A DNA stretch of 64,000 nt from Nageia nagi (lineage: Eukaryota > Plantae > Pinophyta), in contig JBITNC010000001.1 of the NCBI GenBank assembly GCA_050084985.1, positions 32,240,001 to 32,304,000 of the forward strand, in the 5' to 3' direction. The notes beneath the pieces are model-generated. The model saw nothing but the letters and a program-made list of their open reading frames with translations, ran no database searches and was not told the origin of the DNA. Positions 14,100 to 28,922 of the stretch are shown one piece after another. Each line of letters starts with the position of its first letter. Within the stretch, counting starts at the first letter, position 1. Position numbers and translations under genes: made by a program.

Positions 14100-17000
14100 G
14101 CTAGCATCATATGGTTTTGAATATTTGATGTGAACTGCTCCTTGGATAGTGGTTTTTTATAAGTTTTAGCTTGTGCCTATTTTCTATTAATGGGTATCTT
14201 TCTTTATCTATTATTCTGAGTTTAACTACCCCATTTGCATATACTATATCTAATTCATAGGGTCCCATACACCTATTTTGTAACTTACCTTTAAATTCAA
14301 TAAATATTGAATCAAATAATAATTCCCATTCACTTGGTTTAAAACTCTTCTCTTGAATGAATTTGTCATGCCAAAGTTTTTGCTGGTTTTGGATAACTTC
14401 TATATGTTATAATGCCTAGAGTCTATATTCATCTAAGGCATGTAAATTATGTATTCTTTCTTTTTTTGCATCTAACAAGTGCAGCTATTCTTAGTATTTT
14501 TATCTCAAATTAAATAGGTAATAATACCTTTTTATCATAGATAAGCTCAAATATGATGAATCTTGTAGTTGTTTTCCCAGTTGTCTTGTAATCCCATATA
14601 ACTTTTGGCAACCTATTAGCTCAATCCTTTCTATGAATGGCCATTATCTTTGTAAGTATGTTCTCTAATTCTCTATTGGTGACTTCTACTTGGCCATTTG
14701 CTTGAGGATGATATAGTGTTGACTTTTTATGCCTTATTTCATATTCTTTCATTAATTATTTAATCAGTAGAGATGTAAACTAAGTACCTTGGTCAATAAC
14801 AATTTCTCTTGGCACCCCATACCTAGTGAATATCTCTTCATAGAGGAAATTAACAATGTTCTTTTGTATGGTATTCCTTAATAGTCTTACTTCCAACCAT
14901 TAAGTCATATAGTTTGTACAGACTAGGATATATTCATTCTAGTTTGATGGAGGGTTAATAGGCCCTATGAAGTCCATACCCCATTTATTGAAAGGCTCTA
15001 ATGATAATTGTGGTTGCAATTGCATTTTAGTGGATTTAGTTGGTTTTTGTTCCCTTTGACACTGATCATAGTGTTGTATATATTTTACTACATCCTTGAA
15101 TATAGAAGGCCAATAATATCCACTATGTAAGACCTTGAGGACTATTCTCTTGGTTGCAAAATGAATACCATAGGGTTCATCATAGATTGCTCATAGAATG
15201 TCATACACTTCATTTTCTCTTACATACATGCATAGTATATTATCAATCCCTATTTTGAAGAGATAACCCCTTATCCATTTGAATGATGAGATTTGCCTTA
15301 TAAGTCAAGATTTATCATTTGAATTGAAGTGTTGAGGAAGCTTACCTGAGACCAAGTAGTTTGCAATATTAGTAAACCAAGGTGTCTAAGTTGTGATAGC
15401 AAATAGGTGCTCATATGGGAAATAGTCATCAACAAATCCTTCTCCAATTTGGTGTGGAACTCTAGATAAAAAGTCATCAACAATTTTTCTTTACTTGGTT
15501 ATTCAACTATTTTCACATCAAATTCCTACATGAGGAGAAGCCATCTAATTATTCTTCCATTTTGTATAGGCTTGTTCATCAAGTAATAAAATAGCTAAGT
15601 GGTCTGTGTGCACAAATATTAAGTACCTTGTAATGTAATGCTTGAACTTATTTATGGCATGGATGACTGCTAGGAATTCCTTCTCTGTCACTGTATAGTT
15701 TAGATATACTCCTTTGAGGTGTTTTCTTATGTAGTATATAGCATGATAGTGCTTATATTTCTTTTGGCTCAATACTTATCCCAAGGTTATGTTTGATGCA
15801 TCTGTATATATATATGAAATGGAAGTTTCCAATTTGGCACTTGAAGAACTAGTGTTATTATTAGGCTTTCTTTTAATGACTTGAATGCCTTTTGATATGT
15901 AGGATTCTATTTAAAATTATTTTATTTTATTAGCATGTCAAATAAAGGTGTTGATATTTTGTTGAAGTCCTTCATGAATATCTTATAGTATCCAGCATGA
16001 CCTAAAAAACTTCTCACATCCTTTACTCTTTTTGGTGCTTAAAGGTTTTGAATTACCTCAATATTTTTTGGATCCACCTTAAGGCCTTTTGGTGAGACAT
16101 GATATACTAAAACTATACCTTTTTTCATAATAATATGGAATTTCTCATTACTAAGTGACGTTGGTATCTCTACATCTTTGCAAGACTTTCTCCAAATTTT
16201 GCAGTGCTTCTTCAAATGTTTCATCTATTGCAGCGAAGTCATCCATGTAGACTTCTACACAATTTGATACATCACTAAATATGATATGGGCTGCTCTTTG
16301 AAATGTAGCAAGTGCATTACATAGGCCAAAATGTAGGACCATATATGCAAATGTGCCCCATGGGCAAGTAAACATAGTCTTTTCTTGATCATTGTATGCA
16401 ACCTAGATCTGGTTGTAACCATTGAAACCATCAAGAAAAGAGAAGTACTTCTTACCTAAAATATTATCTAAAACTTGGTCTATGTAGGGAAGAGAGAAGT
16501 GATCTTTTCTTATTACTTTGTTTAGCTCTTTATAGTCAATACATATCCTCCATTTCCCATTGTTCTTAGGGACAACTACTAAGGGTGACACCCACTCACT
16601 ATCAGATATAGGATAGATAATACCAACTTATGGTAGTTTCTATATTTTTCTCTTTCACTATTTCTTTCTTTACAATGTTTAACCTTCTTGGTAATTATTT
16701 AATTTTCTTGGAATCATTATGCATATAAATATGATGCATGCATACCTAAGGTTTGATCCCTTGCATGTCCTCATATGTCCATGCAAATGCAATGTTATGC
16801 TTAACCAACACATCCAACAATCTTTTCTCTTCTTTAGCTAATTATGTGTTGTTGATGTTTAGGTGTTTCCCAAGAAGAATTTCTACTATATTTTTTGATA
16901 AAGTTGCTTCTTATGATTATATCAAATAAGGATCATCATCTATCTCTTTTGAATACAAGGATGATTGAATGGCACAGTTTTCTCCATGTAGATAAGGGAT

Positions 17001-19490
17001 ATTATTCATGTACCATTCTAACACATCATCTTCATAATTTTCTTATATGTAGGGTATTTGATCAAATGTGAGTATAGGCATTATTGAATTTTCATTATCT
17101 GTATATTCAACCCATGATAGATTTTCTATATTTGTTGGCTTTTTTGGAGAATAAATGATGATGTTTTCTTAAACTCACCATTTGAAATTGACATATTCCC
17201 TATTCAACACTTAATGTATGCATTTGTTGTTGCTAACCATGGCCTTCCAAGTATTATGGGGTATCTTAAATATTATATTTGATCTTTACAACCATGAAGT
17301 CCACTAGATATTCCCATGAGTCCACTAATACAAGAATGTCTTCACCTATGCCATGGGGTACAATGGTGGATCTATCTGCCATTTGAAGTACTGTGTTAGT
17401 AGGTCTCACCTTAGTGCATCCAATTCTAGTCATTATTTCAAATTTCATGACATTTATGGTATCTTCCAAATCAACTAGTACATTTGAAATATTATGGTCT
17501 CCAATTGTAATTATGACAAGGCTTCCTAGGTCAACATATTTTGAGACTATCAAATTTCTTAGCACGAGCTCGACTAGTTTCTCTATAACAAGTATTGTCT
17601 TGGGCTCTTACTTTTTCCTTCATAGTCTTTTGGTGCACACTTCTTTGATCACTTTTGCATATATATGTACATATTTTAATACTTGAAGAAGAGATATTTT
17701 GACACACACATTTTTTAGCTCATTCATTATATCAAATCTTGGCTACTCATATATATTAATTGGGATACATTGATTCAATCATTCAGGAAAGGGCGGAGCA
17801 TTACATTGTTGAGGTTGCTATTGAATTGGCCTAAATGTTATATCCTTATATGTCAATAAATTTGTCCTCTTCTACTTCCTCTATTATCAATGGTATGATA
17901 TCTTGGAATATTCTTCCTGATCTTGTTTTAATAGCATTTACATCATATGTCTGATTGTCTTGAATATAACATACCTGAGCACCTCTATTTTTATTTGAAT
18001 TTGCAAGTGACTAAGTTAGGAATTGAATTGGAGGCCTATGTTGTTGTTGTTCCTATGGTTGTTAAGGAGCTTGAATCAGTTGTTGTTGTGGTGCAGGAGG
18101 AAGTGCAGAAGGTAGTAATAATTATTGTTGCTAAAAAATGGTTGTTGCATGGGCTGATGAATTTGTTGTGGCATCTACTAGAAAAATTATTATTGATTGT
18201 ATGGCACATATCCTCCTTATTGCTGCATGGGTTGCTGAAAAAATATTTTCTTTCCTTGGTAAGGTTCATTGTATTTCCCTTGCTAAAAATTTCCCAAAGA
18301 ACTAGATTTATGGCTAGTTATATGGTATATTTTATGGAAGATACTATCTACCAAATCTCCTTTGATTTATCATTTTTACATGCTCATATACCTCAAATAC
18401 AAGCTAACAAATATTCTTGATTTGAGGTAATGTTGGGAATTCATCTATTTTATGATAATCCTAGCAGATGTTGCATATCTTTATCTTACTTAAAGAACAT
18501 TCATTTTAAGCATGTAATTTTACACATTTGGGATAATAAATAGATAAGAGCTTTTTAGCTTCCTCTTTTTTTTAATGCAATGAACTAGTATAATGAATTA
18601 GAAAAGGTGGAGAGTATATTTGTATTAAAGTTATCGAAAAAATTAGTAATCTCTTCTTTTGTAACTCCACTATCATTTTTGGAGTTATTTTCTCTCATCA
18701 CTCCTATAGGTTTGACAACCTTCCCTTCCTCATTGTGACTCTTGAGTACTTTTAAAACAAGCTCTTAATATCATCAAAATTAAGCTAAAATATGTCTCCT
18801 CCTAACATTAAATTTAATGCATCTAAATATTCATCCATCATACCTTTAAGAAATATTACCTTTAGTGTATATTATGGCATGGTAGAGTGTTTGGAACGTT
18901 GGATGCTAAATTGAAACTTCTCCAAATAGTTTTCTAATATCTCATCTTATTTTTGCTTCATCCTTAGAAATTTATCTTTTGTTTCTCTCCCTCTATAGTA
19001 GTCTTGATATTTGTTCAAGGATTCTATCTTCATGTCATTCCATATGGCAATTCTTTTATTTTCAAATCCCATAAACCATATTAGATCTTGAGCATTGAGT
19101 GTTGAAGGAAATAATTTGAGTTTATATACATCTATAGTATAATCATATGTTCTACATAACACCTCAACTCAAACAAGATGACATTAGGTTATTCATTTGG
19201 ATTTCTAAAAACTTTGGGGATTACTACACGAGGAATAGATTTGAGTCTAGTCTCATCAGTAGGAGGATTGATAGGAAACTAAAATATAGCCTAATTATTA
19301 TCTAACATGATATTATTATCTTCTTCTTCAAAATTATGATATGTTGAATCTATTTATTCAATGCTTTCCTCTCTTGTGGTATTTTGATTATTGGTAACAG
19401 ATTCTTCTGGTGGAATTTGGAAGTAGTTTTCTATCTATTGATTTTTAATGAATCATCCTCTGGCCTCTCTCTCTTTGGAAGGAGACATGG
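14100..19490 (-). pseudogene. gag-pol: E3 gag-pol pseudogene
   Basis: gag KLKLFPSTLNAQDLIWF (18947-19162); PR VLVDLEDTINVM..LQMADRS (17266-17565); RT SPLVVVPKNNGKWRICIDYKELN, FGLCNALATFQR, YMDDF; RH NYTVTEKEFLAVI; INT with YHPQANGQVE and WKGAVHIKY-type C-terminus. Confidence 0.92.
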
Positions 19491-19621
19491 ACTATCTTCA
19501 AAAAAGAAATATGATTTAGTTGCACATGCATAGGGATCTAGAGAGGAAATGTTGACCTTTTATTTATAACTCCTCTGTATTCTAGTCTACCCAAGATATG
19601 AACTCTACTGCTTAAATAACT

Positions 19622-19639
19622 TTTCTAGCAACAGTGCCA
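19622..19639 (-). promoter_or_regulatory. E3 primer binding site (tRNA-Asp type)
   Basis: Minus strand TGGCACTGTTGCTAGAAA, 3 nt inside the 5' LTR; deaminated form of the Athila-type TGGCGCCGTTGCCGGGGA. Confidence 0.75.
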
Positions 19640-19642
19640 AAA

Positions 19643-20798
19643 TGATGGAGCATTTATATATAGTGTCAATATATGAAGGGAGCTTATGAAGGGTTATGCA
19701 ATATATATACACAATAAGTTATCTTGGTGGGATACCTACTACCTTATCTCTACTCCCAAAGCATGCATGTGGGGGTTTTTATATTCTTAAGAGAGATTGT
19801 AAATAGGAAGAGTACTAAATTAGAATGATATTAAAATAAGAATTTAATAGTAATAAGAGATCCTAGTGATAATAAGAAATAGTGGTTATAGAAAATATGG
19901 ACAATATTAACAACAAAATTGAAACACACCACACTAATGATTTTATGAATCTATGAAGGAAAAGAACTTGCAACAGTTTACATTTAAAGAAATAAACACT
20001 ACCATCAATTCATATATCAAGCATGTTAATCTATCAATGGAACTACTAAAGCTATAAACTAACTGAATCTATAAATTGACTAAATCATTCACTTTTAAAA
20101 ATAAATAGGGGGCCTTCTTATATTCTTGCAAAGGAATTAATCAAATTTTATAGAATTGTACTTACCACAAAGCTCAACACAACATCAAAAATATGAATAG
20201 TACCATATATTCCAATGGAACGACGTCTTCACAATCCAGAAAAACCCAAAAACTTGCATAGAAAATATAACTCCTACCATTTCTAGTATCCAAAATATAT
20301 ATGTTTGATTACAACTATTCCCATAAATCTTGGAGCTGTATCAAATACCAATCTTAAATCACACTAAGTGTTCTTAACACAAAATGAGAAACATGGGATA
20401 GTAGTCTATTAGTCCTAACCTAACTCAGGTGCTATCATTCTCCTAATCTCATTTGGCAATGGTCAATATTCATATAGATATGTAGGTGACATATTTGTTG
20501 CACCATTCAACCTTTAGCTATGGTTTTCTTCCAATCTTCATCTTCAATCAACAATGGCTACAAAATGTGGTAGCACAAAATTCTTTCGACTAGCCAATCT
20601 CCAACGTGCAAACCTATTTTCAAAGTTTCAAGACACATTGGTGGGTTAATTTATGAAGCACCTATTCTAGATACAAATATTTAAATTAATAATCCACTAT
20701 TCACCTTACATGTATGGAAATGAGATGAAAGATGGTCTAAAGAGGGAAATAAGATGGTACCAAAGTATTCAAAATATAGGTAAATTTAGAAATCATCA
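19643..20798 (-). repeat. E3 5' LTR
   Basis: TGATGGAGC...CATCA; partner of 9510-10666. Confidence 0.9.
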
Positions 20799-22902
20799 CC
20801 TACAATTTGAGAGATTTGGCTTATGGAGTGACCATGGCATTGAAAATATTTGTTACCATAACATTGAATTTAATTGATATAATATCATTTGATTTCCATA
20901 AAAATACCACATATTTTAAATATTTATTGGCCTTACATATCAATTTTGCACATTTGATCACATTTAATTGCTTGATTTCATTGCTATTCAAAGAAAACCT
21001 ATATAGTTGATAGTGTTAATTTCACCTAATTTGGTAAACAATTCTTTTACAATTTTGTTCAACATTCTCATTCCAATGCATATTTATGAAATAATGGCAA
21101 TTTGAAATAGATTTTTAATGAATTGTAAACATACCCAATTTGCAATGAATTTATTGTAAAGATATGTCATTTAGAGTGTAGAGATAGTAATATCAGGTTT
21201 TCAATTTTAAACCATTTTCAATTAACAATGATAGAAATCATTTTGCATCATAAAATCCGTGGTATAATAATTCTTCAAATCTTAACATTTTTCACACATT
21301 AAGTAATGATTTGACCATTTTGACCTTATGTACCTTTTATCGATGCAATGATCATATAAGTATGATATCAATCATTTTGACCTATTACAATCATGATAAC
21401 ATGATTAACATTTTAAAGAAACCATAATTTCACTTTTCTCACACCATTAACAGTGTGAGAATAAGAGAATTGCTCCTTCAAAAAAAGATTCCATTCAATT
21501 GGAATTGAAAATTAATTATTTAGATATGGACAATACCAAAAACATTCATTTATGAAAAAATCAAAATTTGGCACATGCATTTAATTAAATCAGATTTGAT
21601 AAATTAAAATTTCCATCTTTTCATCATGTAGCATCCATCTTATGCATCTATTTTGATCCAACAAGACTAGATTTGGAATATGACACTTGAATCATTTGTT
21701 AATTTTACATAACACAAACTATTATCAACATCAATTTAGTATTAATAATAATTAAAAATGGATTATAATCAATTTCCTTGGGAACATATAATGTAAGATA
21801 TGCATATTACTTTATTTATCATTTCTAGTCATTATGCATCAAAATGTACGTCAATTTTACTATTTGGACATCGTTACCAATGTGAAACTAACAAAATTAG
21901 TTTTTCAAAAAGAAGTGAATGCTAATTAAAATAATTTTATGCATTTTTTTCCTCTTATATATCACTCTACAAGCATTATCATTGAAATTCAAAAAGTGCA
22001 CTCATTTAGCTAGGGTTAGGGTAAAAAATATCAAATCAAAAGTATTTTGTAGGTGTTAGTATGTCATTTACTCTATCATTTATGATCTTCTTGCTATCAC
22101 ATTGGACTTATGCAAGTACTATTTCCTCTTCACCCCTCTCTTTATCATTGATATTTTAGCTATTCAATTTATCCTCTTGCCCCCAATCTTTGGATTTTAC
22201 CACTAACTTTGTTGACATGGCAGATGATGGCTACTGTAGTATGGAAGATACCTTTAATTATATGAAAGGGACATGTGGTCGAATACTTGCAAAGCCTCCC
22301 CTTTGAGAATGAATTTAGTTTTATTGTTTTCCATTTTCTTTTCTTATTTTCCTTGCTAACATGTGCCCATATTAATTTGAATTAAAACCCTAAGGTTTTT
22401 CTTGTTCTTCCATTTTCATTCACATTGCTTGCAAAGGCTATTTTAGATTTGTTTTTAATTTTTTCTTGATCATGATAGAATTTACATCATTTCTCATATG
22501 TATATGTTTAACTTTTGGTAATCATTCTCATGGGTTTAATTTTTTTTTGTTCTTGTAGGACCACAAGGTTAATATGAGGGGTGGATCCATGTCCACAACT
22601 GCATTGGAGAAGGCTAAGATATGGTCTAGAATAGTCCATGAGCATGATATCCTCATCCATTTAGGATTGAATAACCTAGTTTTAGTTGGTTATATATAAC
22701 ATGACCTTCCCCTATTAATGGCTTTGGTAGAGCGATGGGATCTAGACACCAAAATTTTTACTTTCCTCTAGTGAAATGATAGTCACATTACTGGATGTTT
22801 ATAGGGTATAGGGGATACCAATTCAAGGTTGACTTATGCATCAAGCTGAGATTGCAAAAAATAATGAAATGCAACAATATTTAGTATGGTTGATGGGGAA
22901 GA

Positions 22903-23593
22903 TGATCCGAAATGGATCATGTAAAATTATTCTCTATAAGAGTAGTACTCATTCCAAAGGTATCTATTCTTAGAGATAGACCAAAGACTAAATTTGGAGT
23001 TGATTAGCATATAGAACCACATCACTAGTAGTGCACTACATTATATTCAAGATAGCAATGAAAATTTAAGGGACATTAATATTTTGGATAGCTAATTAGT
23101 TCAATGTCTTCAAACAACATCTTAGAGATGACTCCAAGCTTACTTAATGGCATGCTACTCTTTGATTCCATAAGAAGGGATTTGTAAAGAGTTTTAAGAT
23201 TTTAGGATTGTAAGAATTTAAAGGAAGATCAAGATTCATTTCAAATTTTTTGTAGTTTTAAAATTATTCTTCTTGCTATAGGATATTACGGTAATTATAG
23301 GATATTGTATTACCATTATATTGATGTTATTTCTCTATGCATGTAATATTGTAATTTCTATAGATAATAAGAAGATAAGGCTCTAATTCCAAGATGGATT
23401 AGCTCACATTGGGTGAACCAAGGTAAATCATTATGTTGATCTTGTTGTGTATTTAAGATTGCTAATTTGTAATTTTATATTATGCATTTCAAATTTTATG
23501 CAATTTGTATGATCTCACAATGGTGAATGTTTTTTCTTTGAATCTGTAAATAAGGATCCAAGTATGCTATAAGCTTTTGATGATTATAGATCA
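22903..23593 (+). repeat. E4 5' LTR
   Basis: Colinear with 28218-28922. Confidence 0.88.
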
Positions 23594-23749
23594 TGTGATA
23601 TTGGAGCTTATGTGTACAAAATTTAAGGCCAAATTTTTGGGGATTTAAAACCTTCACCTACATGCTTTTTGATGTTTGAGAGGATATCCAAACACTAAAG
23701 TTGATTCCAAAGGATCTTGAGATTGGTTAAAGGTGTAAAGTGATTGAAA

Positions 23750-26700
23750 TGGATAATATGGAGGAGCAATAATTTGCTATTCGTATCATGAAGGATGCTA
23801 ATTTTGAAAGGAGATTTTTGATAATGGAGAATCATTTGGCTCATTTGCTTGAGTGGTTGGTTGCTGGAGAAAATGCAAATATTAATAAGAGACATCAAGA
23901 TGTGGTTGGAAGACCTAATTCATCATCTTGGACACAAAAGTGTATATTAGAGAGGTTGATGTGAAAAAGTTGAACAATTGGTTGAAATAATTGGATGTTT
24001 ATTTCTAAATTCATAATGTTGTAAATGCTTTTGATAAAATCTTTTTTATTATATTAAATATGAGTGTACATGCTTTAGTTTTATGGGAAAGCCATGTAGA
24101 ATCTCTTGGTCATGAATACTTATCAAAAATATCTTTTTAGTATGAATTTAAAAAGTTGGTAAGAGATCAGTTTTATCTATTAGGACATCATAATAAATAA
24201 TTGATGAAATAAAAATTATTTAGATAATAAAGAGGGCAAAGAGTTTAAGAGTACAATACAAAATTTAAGAAACAAGCTACTTTGCTTGGGGTTTCATTAA
24301 GAGATCCTCAACTTTAATGAAGTACATTGGAGGTTTACATAGTCATTTGCAAAATACTATCATATTGTTTAATCTTACTAATCTTGATCAAATATGTGTG
24401 CAAGTGCAATACTAAGAAAAGAATAGTAAAGCAAAAAGACAATATGATGAATCCAAGGAGGCTTCTAATTCAAGTGGAGGACAAGAGAAAAGTAAATCTC
24501 AAGATAAAGGCAAAGGTAAGCAAGAAATTAAGATCACTAATATTTCAAAGAAAGAAGGTGATAGTCAACATTGTATTCATTATGATAAAACATGGTTATG
24601 TTGATGATAAAAATTGAAAATTACATCTACAATTATGTCCATATATAAGCTTAAGAACAAATAGAAAATTAATGCTATGGTTATTAGATGTGAAGTTATT
24701 GAGGGAAGTTTAGATGTTGATGAGAGAATAAATTGGTCAGCCATTCAAAAAGTTGAAGAACATCAAGATATTAAAGCAAAAAGGATCCAATTATTCCACT
24801 TTAAAATCCAAATTAATAAAATCAAAGTAGATTACATTATTGATTTAGCTTCTCAAGCAAATTTGATTTTAGAGACCATTCAAATCCATATCCTTTGGGT
24901 TAGGTGCATCACAATGCTAGTTTGCTAGTCACTAAATAATGTAAGTTGAAATTTGATATTTATGCAAAGTACATTGATGAAGTTGTAGTTGATGTTGTTC
25001 CTTTAGATATTTGTGGTGTTATTTTTGGTAACCCTTATATGTGAGATAAATATGGTATCTATTATAGAATATTGCACAAATTGCAATTGGTGAAAGATAG
25101 AAAAGTGTTTCTAGCTAGTGCACATAAAAGTAAGAAAAAGCTACCTTTGGTCACTACCAGTTAGGTAAAACATCTTGTAAATATTTTTAAAAGGTTTATT
25201 TTCATAATGGTAAAAATAAGATCCTCGGGTGAGGTGAATCTCACACTATTAACGATATGTAATACTGATTATAGGCCATTAGCAGCATGTAATAAAGAGG
25301 AATATATGCAAAATTTAGTTCAAGGGTTTACTATATTATTTGTAGACCCATAGGGATTACCTCCTATGCGGGATATACAACATGATATTTAGTTCTTACC
25401 TGATGCTTCATTTCCCAACATAGCTTTGTATGAGTAATTAGTTTTGGAGCAGGAGGAGATAAAGAGATATATTTAGGAGTTGGTTGATCAAGGTGTGATT
25501 AGACAAAGTACATTTCCATGTGGATCACCTATTATTTTGGTTTCCAAGAAAGATAAAACTTAGAGAATTTGTATTGACTATATAGCATTAACAAAATCAC
25601 CATAAAAAATCATAATCCTTTACCTCGAATATATGATCTTTTGGATCAGGAGTGGATATCTCCAAGTTAGAATAAGAGGAGGAGAACATTTGGAATACTT
25701 CTTTTAAGATAAGATAAGGCCTATTTGAGTGGCTTGTTTTTCCTTTTGATTTAGGCAATGCATTGGCCACATTTATAAGAGTAATAAATGATATACTTCA
25801 TCTATTTATTGATTCTTTTATTATTATATACTTATATGATATTCTTATTTATAGTTCTACTTGGAAAGAACATATTTTACATATTAGACAAGTGTTTCAA
25901 GCTTTCCATAGGAAGAATTTGCTTTGAAACATGCAAAATGTGAGTTTGGTAAAGAGTCTTGGGTGTTTTTGAACCATCTTATTGGTCATGAAAAACTTAA
26001 GATAGATCTTAGTAAAGTAAGTGCTATAGTAGATTGGCCAAAGCCATCTAATGTAACTAAATTAAAGAGTTTATTAGGTGTTTTCCAATATTTAAGAAAG
26101 TTTATTGTTGATTTTTCTCATACGGTTTCACCTTTACATAATGTAATCAGAAAGAGGTAAGTTTTTCAATGGAAGAAACAACAACAAACATCTTTTGATG
26201 CCTTGAAGCAAAATATTATTAGTGCACCTATGCTAGCACTTCTTAATTTGCAAAATCCATTTGAAGTAAAGACTAATGCAAGTGACTATGCCATGGGAGC
26301 CATTTTGTTACAAGAAGGTATACCAATTTACTATTATTTTGATAAATTTAGTGGGACTATTTTGAATTATCATACTTATGATAAGAAAATGTATGCATTG
26401 GTTCAAGCTATTAAAAAATAAAAATATTACTTAATGAAGAAAGAAACAATCATTCACACTAATTATCAACCATTAAAGTATTTACAAAATCAATCAAAAT
26501 ATTAGCAAAATAAACACTATAGATGGATGGTTTTTCTATAATAATTTCATCTAGTGATCAAGTATAAGAAAGGAACATAAGATAAGGTTACTAACATGCT
26601 TTCTAGAACACTTGTGACTATAGATTTTATACCATTAATAGTATGCAATATTGATTTTGGGTTGTCAGCAACATGCAAGTAGGGGCCATTGAGTTCCCTC

Positions 26701-28170
26701 TTAGTGCTAAAATTTAGTCCTTTTCTATCTAAGTCATTTTCAGAGGCATATGTGCAAGATCCTAACTTGAGAGAGGTGTATGAGCAATTATCTTCATCTA
26801 GGTCCAAGTATGAGGGTTTGGATGATTTTTATTTGCAAAATGAACTTCTTTATCATATTAATACATCATATGTACCTATAGATAAAAGGATTAGACTGGT
26901 TAGAGAAGCACATCCTTCAAAGATTACAGGACATTTTATAGTTGGAAAGACATTGTATAATTTGCAAAGGTATGTATATTGGCTAAATATGCAAGATAAA
27001 GTTACCAAGTACATAAGGGGTTATTCTTTATGTTGCAATAGTAAGCCAAATAATAGGAAATTGGATTTGTATTAGCCACTTCTAGTACCTTCACATCCAT
27101 GGGAGTGTATCTCAATGGATTTTGTGGGAGGATTGCTTATGACTAAGAAGGGTCATGACTATTTATTTTTTATTATGGATAGATTTAGCAAGATGTGTGT
27201 TTTGATTCCATGTAAGAAGACTATAGTAGGATAAGATGCTACAAATTTATTCTTTTCCCATGTTTGGGTTCATTTTGGATTGACTATTTCTATTGTTTTA
27301 GATAGAGAGACTAAATTTTTGGGCATGTTTTGGACATATTTTTAAGAAAATATGGATACAAGGTTGAAGAGGAGTACTACCTTTCATCCTCAAATAAATG
27401 GATAAATAGAGGTGATGAATAGGAAAATGGTTCAACTCTTGAGGGTTATTATGGTAAGCATCTTAAGTTTTGGGATAAACATCTTGAAAATATCCAATAT
27501 TCATACAATAGGGCAATTCATTCTTCATTAATAAGAGTCATTTGAGACTTTTTTGGCTCATTTATCACCTTCACCTTTTGATTATGTTTTTGGGTAGAAA
27601 AATGATGAAAAGGATTTAGTTGAGAAAGAGAAAAAAAAGCTAAAAATTTTCTTGAAAAGATCAGGTAAATTCATTTGAAATTCCAAGAGCAAATTGAGAC
27701 AATTTAAGCCAAGTACAAGATGAGACATGAAAAATATATATTTCATGATAAGTTTTATGTGGGAGATCATGTTTGGTTATATCTTAGTAAGAAGAGGTTG
27801 CAAGGACTAGTCAAGAAGTTGAAGCCTATAAGGTATGGACCATTTGAGATTATGGAGCAAGTAAGTGAGCATACTTTTAGATTGAATCTACCAACATATA
27901 TGAACATCTATTCAATTATGAATGTGAAACATTTGAAATTGTATTAGCCATCTATGTTGACTAAAAATGAAATAGTTTCAAATTAGATTTTACCATCTTT
28001 TGATGAATTAGCTCGTAATAATATGGATGAACTCAAGGAGGATTATATATTATAAAAGAATGTTCATGATACAAGGAGAGGAGAGACATACCTATGGTTG
28101 GTTGGATTGAAAGGACATAAGCCTAATAAAGCTAGGTAAATAGAAAAGTACAAGGTTAGAGAGTTGTAAC
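23750..28170 (+). pseudogene. gag-pol: E4 gag-pol pseudogene with a degenerate chromodomain-like C-terminus
   Basis: PR KVDYIIDLASQANLI; RT SPIILVSKKD..ICIDY, KCEFG; RH TNASDYAMGAILLQ..YDKKMYALVQA; INT EAHPSKITGHF, PWECISMDFVGGL, KLKPIRYGPF; C-terminus EDYIL..RRGETYLWLVGLKG. Confidence 0.88.
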
Positions 28171-28217
28171 TTCATCTATGCATTTATGGGACCAAATGCC
28201 TTCTCCTTAGGAAGGTA

Positions 28218-28922
28218 TGATCTAAAATATATATTATCAAGTTATCCTTTGTAGGAGTAGTAATCATTCCAAAGGTATATATGCTTGGAGACTTATCAAA
28301 GATTGAAATATGGAGTTGATCAAAGTATAGAACCACACTATCAGTGATGTCCTACACTATATTCAATCCAATGATGACATGCACCTTGATGAGTCAGTAG
28401 GGGAAATTGAAAGGAAATTAATATTTTGGAAAGCTGGTTTGTTTAGTGTCTTAAAAAAACATCTTGGAGATGATTTCAATCTTATTTAATGGCATGTTAC
28501 TCTTTGATTTCACAATAAGGGGTTTGTAGAGAGTTTTAGGATTATAATAATTTGAAATAAGACCAAGAATCATTCTAAAGTTTTTGTAGTTCTAAAAATT
28601 ATTCTTCTTACTATAAGAGATTATATTAATTGTATTACCATTTTGTTGATGGTATTTCTCTATGCATGTAATATTGTAATATCCATAGAAAATGAGAAGA
28701 GAAGGCTCCAATTCTAAGCTAGAGTAGCCCATATTAGGTGAAATAGGGTAAATCATTATGTTGATATTATTATGTATTTAAGATTGCTAGTTTGTAGTTT
28801 TTACATTGTGTAATTTTGAATTTATATGCAACTTGTATGATGTCACAATGGTAAATATTTTTTCATTCAAATTTGTAAGTGAGGATCCAAGTATGCTATA
28901 AGAATATGGTGATTACATATCA
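28218..28922 (+). repeat. E4 3' LTR
   Basis: Follows the purine tract TTAGGAAGGTA; ends CATATCA. Confidence 0.88.

Larger units (their letters stand above)
9510..20798 (-). mobile_element. E3: degenerate full-length Athila-like Ty3/gypsy LTR retrotransposon nested in E2
   Basis: LTRs 9510-10666 and 19643-20798 (~1.16 kb); perfect TSD CCTAC (9505-9509, 20799-20803); PBS TGGCACTGTTGC resembling tRNA-Asp TGGCGCCGTTGCC; gag-PR-RT-RH-INT plus a sense ORF3. Confidence 0.92.
22903..28922 (+). mobile_element. E4: degenerate chromovirus-type Ty3/gypsy LTR retrotransposon inserted in the E2 PMD ORF
   Basis: LTRs 22903-23593 and 28218-28922 (TGAT...ATCA); TSD GAAGA/AAAGA; PBS TGATATTGGAGC (tRNA-iMet type) at 23596; PPT at 28208-28217. 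Confidence 0.9.

Noticed and set aside
17947-18420. 157-aa plus-strand ORF
   Set aside because: Antisense shadow of the Gln/Pro/Asn-rich gag linker of E3
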